From the NCBI GenBank assembly GCA_035500675.1, contig DATJXA010000106.1, positions 213-64,212 on the forward strand: a stretch of 64,000 bases of DNA. Direction: 5' to 3'. This document shows, one piece after another, positions 9,532 to 16,496 of the stretch (position 1 is the first letter of the stretch; the number at the start of each line of letters is the position of its first letter). Source of the DNA: Bacteroidota bacterium (GTDB lineage: Bacteria > Bacteroidota > Ignavibacteria > UBA10030 > UBA8401). The translations under genes and the position numbers were made by a program. A model generated the notes under the pieces. That model was not told the DNA's origin, did not search any database, and was given only the letters and a program-made list of their open reading frames with translations.

Positions 9532-10209
9532 CTATGGAGCTTTATCGGAAAACAAATATCCCGACCCGCGGACGGTGTGGATGAGTTGAGTGCTAAACCC
9601 CTTATCGATCTTTTGACGCAAGAATTTCACGAACGATTCTATCACGTTGCTTTTGGGGTCGAAATTCATATCCCAGAGGTGCTCTGAGATAGCTTCCCTC
9701 GAAAGAATTTTTTCCGGGTTCATCATGAAAAGCTCGAGCATCGAGAATTCTTTTGTCGTCAGCATCACCTCTTTGCCGTCGCGCGAAGCTTTATGCGTGT
9801 TAAGGTCCAACCGAACGCCGAAACGTTCGATGAGTGGAACCCGGATATCGCTTTTGCGGCGGACGAGCGAGCGGATGCGTGCGAGGAGCTCGCCGAAATG
9901 GAACGGCTTTGCGAGATAGTCGTCCGCGCCGCTGTCCAGCCCTCGAATTTTATCCGAAACATCGTCGAGGGCCGTCAACATAAGAATTGGAGTGAGGATC
10001 TTATCCCTCCGGAGATTTAAGCACGTGGTCCAGCCATCCTGTTTCGGAAGCATAAGGTCGAGAATGATGAGGTCGTTATCGTTGATCTTTGCAAGGGCTT
10101 CGCCGGAAATTCCGTCGTATGCAATATCGACCACAAGCCCTTCTGCCCGCAGGCTTTTGGAGAGCGATTCGGCAAGCTTTTTCTCGTCCTCTATTAAAAG
10201 TATTCTCAT
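9532..10209 (-). CDS. OmpR/PhoB-family response regulator
   Basis: MRILLIEDE...IILDLMLP receiver domain plus a winged-helix C-terminus (LTTKEFSMLELFM...VRGSGY). The ORF track starts 5 codons earlier (10224). The ATG at 10209 gives the canonical N-terminus. Confidence 0.9.
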   Translation of the reverse strand: MRILLIEDEKKLAESLSKSLRAEGLVVDIAYDGISGEALAKINDNDLIILDLMLPKQDGWTTCLNLRRDKILTPILMLTALDDVSDKIRGLDSGADDYLAKPFHFGELLARIRSLVRRKSDIRVPLIERFGVRLDLNTHKASRDGKEVMLTTKEFSMLELFMMNPEKILSREAISEHLWDMNFDPKSNVIESFVKFLRQKIDKGFSTQLIHTVRGSGYLFSDKAP

Positions 10210-10280
10210 CGTAGTGCCCGCCATGGAACAAAATTATATGCTTCACATGAAATGGAGATGAAACGAGGCCGGGCAATTTC

Positions 10281-11402
10281 TTAAATGTTCGACAGCAACC
10301 CAAGGAGCATATTCACGCAATGATCCATGCTGAATCGGAGGAGCGCTTCTTTGCGCGCTGATATTCCAAGCGAAATACGCAACGATTCATCCCGGAGAAG
10401 CTTGTCAATCGCCGTGGCCGCGCTGCTCACGCTGCGCGGTTCGATAAGAAGGCCGGTCCGCCCATGCTCGACGATCTCGGGAACTCCCCCGGCGTCGGTT
10501 GCAATAACCGCCTTTTCCATCGCCATCGCCTCTATCACCACCAGCCCAAATGTTTCCCCAAACGAAGGGAGAGCAAAAATATCGAGCGCCGCCAAAAGGC
10601 GGGGAACATCGTCCGTAAAAGGAATGAACTTTACATGCTGTTCAATGCCGAGGGTCAGACACAATTTTTGAAGATATGCTTTGTGGCCCGGCTCGCCGGC
10701 TGTTTCTTCTCCCGCAATGACGAGAAAAAGATCGGGGTGTTGCTTCATGAGGTCCGGCAAAGCTCGGACAATAATCTCCTGCCCCTTGCCGGGGTCGATG
10801 CGTCCGAGAACGCCGATAATTTTTTTCTCCGCCGGCAAATTAAATGCCGACCTCGAATCCGCCCGAGAATAAAGCGCCGGGTCAAACCGCTGGAGGTCGG
10901 TGCCAAGAGGAACGACGTGCACTTTCTCGGAGGGCATTCGTGTAGAAGCGAGAGCGTTTTCTTTCATCCGCTCCGTAAGCGTGATCCAGAGCGATAGTTT
11001 TGAAAAAGCCCACGAGTGCAAAAGATCTTTCTTGTTGTGCCGCGAATCCATCTGCTGATAGAAAGCGAGTTTTACATGTGGGGAAAATTTAGTGGCGATC
11101 GATGCAAGATGGATGTCGTGCGATTGCATGAGTATCGCGACGTCGATGCGATGTTCGGTCAAAATTCGCGCGAGCCGTCGTGCCGCGAGAACGTCTCCAT
11201 ATTTCCATGCAGGAGCCAGGGTTGACGACTCTATCCCCCATTCCTGCGCCTTTTTATGGAGTGATGAATTAGAAGGCACTACGACCATTGCGGGAACCCC
11301 TTTTCCGTTCATGGTCCGGGCAAGGCGGAGGGTCGAGAGCTCAAGCCCGCCAAACGACCGAGAAAAACATATGACGGCAACTCGTTTTGGGAACGCGGTC
11401 AT
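10281..11402 (-). CDS. glycosyltransferase family 4 (GT-B fold)
   Basis: 373 aa with the C-terminal motif GETFGLVVIEAMAMEKAVIATDAGGVPEIVEHGRTG (EX7E type). Confidence 0.85.
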   Translation of the reverse strand: MTAFPKRVAVICFSRSFGGLELSTLRLARTMNGKGVPAMVVVPSNSSLHKKAQEWGIESSTLAPAWKYGDVLAARRLARILTEHRIDVAILMQSHDIHLASIATKFSPHVKLAFYQQMDSRHNKKDLLHSWAFSKLSLWITLTERMKENALASTRMPSEKVHVVPLGTDLQRFDPALYSRADSRSAFNLPAEKKIIGVLGRIDPGKGQEIIVRALPDLMKQHPDLFLVIAGEETAGEPGHKAYLQKLCLTLGIEQHVKFIPFTDDVPRLLAALDIFALPSFGETFGLVVIEAMAMEKAVIATDAGGVPEIVEHGRTGLLIEPRSVSSAATAIDKLLRDESLRISLGISARKEALLRFSMDHCVNMLLGLLSNI

Positions 11403-11445
11403 TTACGGAAACAAATGGATGAATGAGTGAGTATTGTTATAGGTG

Positions 11446-11537
11446 GTAAGTTATAAGTAATACGTTTTACGTATGACGTATAACGTGTAACGTAAAACAT
11501 AATTCGGAGCGCAAACCTCAGTATACGTCAACGTAAC
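11446..11537. repeat. ACGT-word low-complexity cassette (TAACGT/TACGT/TATAAG words)
   Basis: gtaagttataagtaatacgttttacgtatgacgtataacgtgtaacgtaaaac ... gtatacgtcaacgtaac. It shares an 18-nt exact match (acgtataacgtgtaacgt, 11476-11493) with 42202-42219. It shares a 13-nt exact match (taacgtaaaacat, 11488-11500) with 62247-62259. Confidence 0.9.
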
Positions 11538-11780
11538 TTTAATCCGCGTTCAATCTAACATTATTTGGAGGAAGAAAAAAGAGTCGCCGGGATCGATGCA
11601 GAATCTTTACGTGGTGCACAGCATTGCGGAAAAAGAAAGGAGTCGCTCATAAATGCAGGGAAAATTTATGGTCGTTCTACTGGTTCATTCGTACACCACG
11701 ATCATTTTTGAGTCTGATGGGTATTAATATATAAATCCGCCATTTTTTGTTGACGCAACAGACTTTTCGTGCAAACGAAT

Positions 11781-12632
11781 TCAATGAGAGGTTGAATCAT
11801 TCGCTGCTAACTGAACCTTCGCCCACATGCTGAACGGTTCTCCTCCTCCCGCAGATCCTCTTCCGCCTCCGCCCCTTCCTCCACGACGACCGCGGCCGCC
11901 GTATCCTCCGCCATACCCGCCACCGCCGCCCTCTCCCATTCCACCGCCTTCGCCGCCTCCACCGCGATAACTTTCAGATGATCCCGAAGGTTTCTGAGCA
12001 GCAGGCGTTTCGATGCCCACACCGATCTGTGCTCCCGACTTTGTCCCGATTGAAAATGGATGCGATCCGCTATCCGAAAGTGGAACCTTGAGCTCATACA
12101 CAATGATGTCTTCAGAGGCATGGAAGCGCGCTTCGATACCGCCGGTTTCGGCGACAGTCATGAGATGGTGATCATCTTTTCCCGGCCCCTCGATCTCCAA
12201 TTCTTCGCTGGGGCCTTCGGTTCTCAAAAACGACTGCTGCGTTTCTTCTTCCCCGCCATTTTCCTCCGATGAACGAAAGCCGCCAAAGCCAAGCGGGTAA
12301 TGGATCCCAAATTTTTGGTCTTTTCCGCCGTTCTTATCGAACCAGAATGTGAGTCCGCGCCTCATGATTTGACTGCGAAGATTGCGGTTTGACGAAATGA
12401 TTCCGATATAGATAAAACTGTTGTCGTTATAGATGCCGATTGAAGTTTCTTTGTCGTCGAGAAGAGAAAGGTTGTCCTGCCACTCTGAATTTTTCCCATC
12501 GATGATGACGGGGCGATCGCGCCAATGACTTTTGAGGTCGATCATCCCGCAGCCTGCCATAAAAACGAGCGCGAGAAGAAAAACATAGTTGAGTTTGAAA
12601 CGAATTAGGTTTTTCAGCAGGTCCTTATCCAT
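11781..12632 (-). CDS. lipoprotein with a Gly/Arg-rich (RGG-like) C-terminal tail
   Basis: ATG at 12632 is preceded by GGAGG at a 9-nt spacing; the ORF-track start at 12713 is a TTG. Signal peptide with lipobox LVFMAGC. The body contains IIDGKNSEWQD (CBM9/DOMON-like flavour, not verified). The tail is GGGGEGGGMGEGGGGGYGGGYGGRGRRGGRGGGGRGSAGGG. Confidence 0.7.
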   Translation of the reverse strand: MDKDLLKNLIRFKLNYVFLLALVFMAGCGMIDLKSHWRDRPVIIDGKNSEWQDNLSLLDDKETSIGIYNDNSFIYIGIISSNRNLRSQIMRRGLTFWFDKNGGKDQKFGIHYPLGFGGFRSSEENGGEEETQQSFLRTEGPSEELEIEGPGKDDHHLMTVAETGGIEARFHASEDIIVYELKVPLSDSGSHPFSIGTKSGAQIGVGIETPAAQKPSGSSESYRGGGGEGGGMGEGGGGGYGGGYGGRGRRGGRGGGGRGSAGGGEPFSMWAKVQLAANDSTSH

Positions 12633-12790
12633 TGAAAATGACCCTCCGGGTATTCCGTAAAGAAAATGATTTTTGTTTTTGCTCTTCATGCTGGGAGTGA
12701 ACTGTGGGAACAAACGATTAGAACGTTCGCTCGCTGCAAAGGTTTAATGGCTTTTTGAAACCCTTTCGACCAATTATGGTTGGGGGAAAG

Positions 12791-12826
12791 TAGAACACCC
12801 CGGATCGTTAATTCCGGGGTGTTCTA
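12791..12826 (-). terminator. strong hairpin downstream of argF (terminator-like, no clear U-tract)
   Basis: Perfect 14-bp stem TAGAACACCCCGGA / TCCGGGGTGTTCTA with an 8-nt loop, about 80 nt after the argF stop. The flanks are not U-rich on either strand. Confidence 0.4.
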
Positions 12827-12908
12827 TTCATTGAAATGCGACCTTTTGTTTTTTCTTCCTTTATACGCCTGCGGCACTGTTCATTTTTTCCATTCTCACT
12901 CGCACCCG

Positions 12909-13832
12909 TTACTTCATCAACTGAAACATGATCGCTTTCTGGGCATGAAGTCGATTTTCAGCCTCATCGAAAACGACGGAACGATTCGAATCGATCACAT
13001 CGTTCGTCACTTCATCCCCTCGGTGCGCCGGTAGACAATGCATGAAGATCGCATCGGTTTTTGCCTTCGACATCAGTTCCCTGTTTACCTGGAAACGTAT
13101 AAAGACTTTCTTGCGGGCCTGCGCTTCGGACTCCTGTCCCATCGACGCCCATACGTCCGTGTAAATGACGTCGGCCCCTTTTGCACCATCGGCTGGGTCG
13201 TGAACAACTTCAATGTGCGCTCCGCTTTCCTTTGCGTCATCTTTTGCTTGAGCTGTGGCGGTTTTATCCGGCTCATATCCTTGAGGACACGCTATCGTCA
13301 CATTGACTCCCAGTCGGGCGCCCGCAAACATCAGAGAGTGTGCGACATTGTTGCCATCGCCGACGTAACAGAGTTTCAGGCCTTTGAGCTTTTTTTTCTT
13401 TTCCTGAATGGTCATAAAATCCGCCATCGCCTGACAAGGATGAGAATAATCAGTCAGGCCGTTGATGACGGGAATCGACGCATGCTTTGCAAGGTCGACG
13501 ACGATCTTGTGGGCGAATGTCCGGATCATAATTCCCTGTACCATTCGTTCGAGGTTCTTCGCCACGTCGTACACCGATTCGCGTTTGCCAAGGCTGATTT
13601 CCGCTGCCGATAAGCAGAGCGAGAATCCTCCGAGTTGCTGTATGCCCACATCGAACGAAGTCCTTGTTCGCAACGACGGTTTCTCAAAAATCAGCGCAAG
13701 GGTTTTCCCCTGAAGGCTTTTGCTGTATTTCTTTCTGTTGGCCTTCATGGAGCGCGCAATGGAAAACGTCTCAAGCATTTCTTTCCCGGTCATATCGCGA
13801 ACTGAAAGAAAATCGGTTGATTTCATCTGCAT
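12909..13832 (-). CDS. argF: ornithine carbamoyltransferase
   Basis: Motifs FEKPSLRTRTSF, HPCQAMAD and HCLPAHRGDEV. ATG at 13832 is preceded by GAGGA; the ORF track extends to an upstream ATG at 13886. Confidence 0.9.
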   Translation of the reverse strand: MQMKSTDFLSVRDMTGKEMLETFSIARSMKANRKKYSKSLQGKTLALIFEKPSLRTRTSFDVGIQQLGGFSLCLSAAEISLGKRESVYDVAKNLERMVQGIMIRTFAHKIVVDLAKHASIPVINGLTDYSHPCQAMADFMTIQEKKKKLKGLKLCYVGDGNNVAHSLMFAGARLGVNVTIACPQGYEPDKTATAQAKDDAKESGAHIEVVHDPADGAKGADVIYTDVWASMGQESEAQARKKVFIRFQVNRELMSKAKTDAIFMHCLPAHRGDEVTNDVIDSNRSVVFDEAENRLHAQKAIMFQLMK

Positions 13833-14064
13833 GTTCCTCTGAGTCTTTTGTAACTGGTTCGAATAAGTGCACGGCAGCACATTCATGCTGCCTCACGTGA
13901 AATTCAAAACAAAAATTTCCAACGCCGCAATCGCGATTGCACGTCGAGCCATCACTGAATTCTTTTTAAATAATTGGGATTTCTGCTGTCAATGTACTGA
14001 AATTTTTCCATCGTTGCTTTCGGCAATACACGGAGACCGATGGAGGGGTCGAGGATGATAGATC

Positions 14065-15159
14065 TCAGAATTTCGACAGAATCAGGTCGTTTGTCGGAAA
14101 TTGTTTAAGGAGCTTCAGCACGTCGAGCATTGCTTCCCGCGGAGGCAGCTTTGCGATCGATCGCCTGAGCGCTTGGTGTTCCGCGACGGCCGCGCCGAAG
14201 AGGAGCTCCTCTCTCCTCGTGCCCGATGCGCTGAGGTTGATCGCGGGGAAGATCCTTTCATTCGCCATTCCCCGGTCGAGCACTAATTCCATATTCCCCG
14301 TGCCTTTGAACTCCTGAAAAATCAATTCGTCCATGCGGGAGTTCGTTTCGATAAGCGCCGTCGCAATGATCGTAAGAGAACCGCTGTGTTCACACTTCCG
14401 GGCGGCTCCGAAGATCCGCTTGGGAATCTCGAGAGCGCGGATATCGACTCCGCCGGACATTGTGCGGCCGCTGCTCTTTTGATGGATGTTGAACGCGCGT
14501 CCGAGGCGAGTCAGCGAATCGAGGAGCAGAACGACGTCCTTTCCCGTTTCAACTTTTCGCTTCGCATACTCCAGCACGAGCTGTGCAAGCCGGACGTGGT
14601 TGCCCCGTTCGCTGTCGCTCGAACTTGCAAACACTTCGCCGGAAATTGAACGGCGCATGTCCGTCACTTCTTCGGGCCGTTCGTCTATCAAAAGAACGAG
14701 CAGATCGATGCTGGGATTGTTGATGCTCACCGCATGAGCGAGCTGCTGCATGAGCATGGTTTTCCCGGCTTTCGGGGGTGAAACAATAAGAGCGCGTTGT
14801 CCTTTGCCAACCGGGCAAAACAGATCGACGACTCGCATCGAGAGATTGCTCTTGGCGCCTTCGAGCCTGATGATTTCGTTCGGCGACACCACGTCGTATG
14901 TCGAAAACTCTTTCACGGATTTCCATTCATCGGGCGGCAGGCCGTTAATGCTTTCGATGGCCGGAGCGTGAGGGCCGTTCTTCGAGGAACTTTCGGCACT
15001 TCCTTCAAGCATGACTCCCGGACGCAAACCAAAGCGCTGGATAATTCCAGGAGCAATCTGAACGTCCGTCACCGCCGGAAGAAGGCCATGCGAAACGGCG
15101 CGAACGAAGGCTTTTCGCTGCGAATCTATTTCAAGTATACCGGAAAAATGTGAATTCAT
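14065..15159 (-). CDS. rho: transcription termination factor Rho, short form (364 aa)
   Basis: PPKAGKT Walker A, LLIDERPEEV, and GGSLTIIATALIETNSRMDELIFQEFKGTGNMEL. The protein begins at the OB-fold equivalent (GILEIDSQRKAFVR). An in-frame stop (15163-15165) lies two codons upstream of the ATG. Confidence 0.9.
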   Translation of the reverse strand: MNSHFSGILEIDSQRKAFVRAVSHGLLPAVTDVQIAPGIIQRFGLRPGVMLEGSAESSSKNGPHAPAIESINGLPPDEWKSVKEFSTYDVVSPNEIIRLEGAKSNLSMRVVDLFCPVGKGQRALIVSPPKAGKTMLMQQLAHAVSINNPSIDLLVLLIDERPEEVTDMRRSISGEVFASSSDSERGNHVRLAQLVLEYAKRKVETGKDVVLLLDSLTRLGRAFNIHQKSSGRTMSGGVDIRALEIPKRIFGAARKCEHSGSLTIIATALIETNSRMDELIFQEFKGTGNMELVLDRGMANERIFPAINLSASGTRREELLFGAAVAEHQALRRSIAKLPPREAMLDVLKLLKQFPTNDLILSKF

Positions 15160-15183
15160 TTTTCATGAATGACGATGAGTGCC

Positions 15184-15210
15184 GAGGTTGAGGTTGAGGT
15201 TGAGGTTGAG
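15184..15210. repeat. tandem hexamer (GAGGTT) x4.5
   Basis: gaggttgaggttgaggttgaggttgag lies between the mgsA stop and the rho start. Confidence 0.95.
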
Positions 15211-15245
15211 ATTTAATCAAAACTAAGGTAAATGTATATCTTCTG

Positions 15246-15275
15246 CTCACTGTTGATTGGTCATTGTTGACTGAT
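15246..15275. repeat. CTGTTRATTG-word cassette abutting the mgsA stop codon
   Basis: ctcactgttgattggtcattgttgactgat. Related words occur at 31127-31153, 37661-37690 and 42241-42275. Confidence 0.85.
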
Positions 15276-15749
15276 CTATATTTCCACTTTTCTGTTGAGG
15301 TATTCCGAATAGTCGCGTGGCGGAGCCTGATTGTATTCGTCTTTGATAAGATGAGAGGAGATAAGAAAATCTGCGGTCGAGCGATTGCATGCGGTCGGAA
15401 TATTATAGAGAACGGCGATCCGGAGCAGCGCCTTTACGTCCACTTCGTGCGGCTGCGGTTCCATGGGGTCCCAGAAAAAAATAAGAATATCAACACCCCC
15501 CTCGGCGATTTTTGCGCCAAGCTGTTGGTCGCCGCCGAACGGCCCCGATTTCAATCTCAGCATTTTAATTTTGTGATGATGTTTTGCCTGTCCGCTTTCT
15601 TTCAGAGTTTCATTCACCAGTTTGCCTGTTGTGCCCGTGCAAATAAGGCGATGGCTAAGGAGTGTGTCCCTATTCCAATCTACCCACTCGACTAAATCCT
15701 TCTTACAATTGTCGTGCGCGACGAGCGCAATCCTCTTTACCCGATCCAT
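15276..15749 (-). CDS. mgsA: methylglyoxal synthase
   Basis: IALVAHDNCK, CTGTTG, SGPFGGDQQ and WDPMEPQPHEVDVKALLR. AAGGAG precedes the ATG. Confidence 0.9.
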   Translation of the reverse strand: MDRVKRIALVAHDNCKKDLVEWVDWNRDTLLSHRLICTGTTGKLVNETLKESGQAKHHHKIKMLRLKSGPFGGDQQLGAKIAEGGVDILIFFWDPMEPQPHEVDVKALLRIAVLYNIPTACNRSTADFLISSHLIKDEYNQAPPRDYSEYLNRKVEI

Positions 15750-15900
15750 AAACTCTCCTTCTTGTCTTTATTATCTTTAAAATAGGCGGAGAACTGCTAA
15801 ATGGCAAATTTCATTTCCCATCAAACAAATCGGGTAAAAGCATTGGCTTTGCCCCCAAAAAAGGAAAACATTTTTCAAAGCACCAAGTACTTATTTTGTT

Positions 15901-15936
15901 CTTAACAAAAACCCCGGCCCGGAAGAGGGTCGGGGT
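15901..15936 (-). terminator. Rho-independent terminator after the 137-aa membrane protein gene
   Basis: On the minus strand, ACCCCGACCC-UCUUCC-GGGCCGGGGU (one mismatch) is followed by UUUUUGUUAAG, 26 nt after the stop at 15962. Confidence 0.8.
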
Positions 15937-15961
15937 ATTGAAGTTCACCTCGCACTGGCGA

Positions 15962-16375
15962 TCAGCTTTGCGCCGCAGCTTCCTTCTTCGCAAATACTTG
16001 CGCGATCACTACTCCCGCTATCACGTATTCGACGAGCGTATAAAAGAACCACTCCAGCGCCAGCACATGCGGAATAGGAAAGCTTGCGTACGATCCAAGC
16101 GCAAACCCGGCGGCAATGATCATTCCGATATAAAACCCATACCGGATACCTTCCATCATGCCCTTCCCTTCATATCCTTTTGAGAAAATTACCGCGAAGA
16201 AAAATGCCGTGATGATCTTGACAACATGCAACACCCACATTTTCGCCATCATATCATGGCGCCACACGCTCTCCATCGCCATATATGTTCCCATAAGAAT
16301 TACGCCATGGATAAGTGCATCGAGCAACTCCAGCGTAATGAAGACTGCGACGAACCCGATCAAGAGCTTTTTCAT
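15962..16375 (-). CDS. small integral membrane protein (4 predicted TM helices), family not recognised
   Basis: 137 aa, very hydrophobic. AAGGAG SD upstream and its own terminator downstream. Confidence 0.7.
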   Translation of the reverse strand: MKKLLIGFVAVFITLELLDALIHGVILMGTYMAMESVWRHDMMAKMWVLHVVKIITAFFFAVIFSKGYEGKGMMEGIRYGFYIGMIIAAGFALGSYASFPIPHVLALEWFFYTLVEYVIAGVVIAQVFAKKEAAAQS

Positions 16376-16389
16376 AGTTTCTCCTTGAT

Positions 16390-16433
16390 GGTGAGGTTGA
16401 GTTGATGTTAAGGTTAAGGCTAAGGTTTGGTTG
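16390..16433. repeat. degenerate GAGGTT/AAGGTT word cassette
   Basis: ggtgaggttgagttgatgttaaggttaaggctaaggtttggttg. Same word family as 15184-15210. Confidence 0.85.
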
Positions 16434-16496
16434 TTTACTGTTTACTGTTTACTGCTTACTGCTTTCTGCTTACTTCTTACTTCTTACTGCTCACTG
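16434..16496. repeat. nine tandem heptamers (YTTACTG consensus)
   Basis: tttactg x3, cttactg, ctttctg, cttactt x2, cttactg, ctcactg. The last unit contains the ettA stop codon (16491-16493). The complementary unit CAGTAAG is arrayed at 37606-37640. Confidence 0.95.

Noticed and set aside
11596-11727. Two back-to-back plus-strand mini-ORFs (MQNLYVVHSIAEKERSRS and MQGKFMVVLLVHSYTTIIFESDGY). Each is preceded by a copy of a degenerate ~58-nt direct repeat (..AGAGTCGCC..ATGCAG / ..GGAGTCGCT..ATGCAG). The second has AAGGAG 10 nt upstream.
   Set aside because: They would be the only plus-strand genes in 64 kb. They are very short, have no recognisable features, and the first lacks a properly spaced SD. 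The direct repeat itself is real, but too degenerate to interpret from one window.
13856-13864. GGTTCGAAT, resembling a tRNA T-loop, upstream of argF.
   Set aside because: No acceptor stem, D-arm or anticodon arm can be drawn around it. It is an isolated 9-mer in the argF leader.
13873-13892. 7-bp hairpin GGCAGCA-cattca-TGCTGCC as the rho terminator.
   Set aside because: The stem is short, the downstream tract is weakly U-rich, and it lies inside an alternative N-terminal extension of argF. This is not enough support to annotate it.
13951-13975. Possible ArgR (ARG box) operator TGAATTCTTTTTAAATAA upstream of argF.
   Set aside because: Only the TGAAT half matches the TNTGAATWWWWATTCANW consensus, and the ATTCA half is missing.
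15811-15993. 60-aa minus-strand ORF between mgsA and the membrane protein gene.
   Set aside because: It overlaps the stop of the upstream gene and spans its Rho-independent terminator (15901-15936). It has no SD and a composition typical of non-coding DNA.
16434-16496. Tandem repeats considered as CRISPR arrays or as coding repeats.
   Set aside because: Units are 6-8 nt with no unique spacers and no cas genes. The arrays are intergenic and out of phase with codons.
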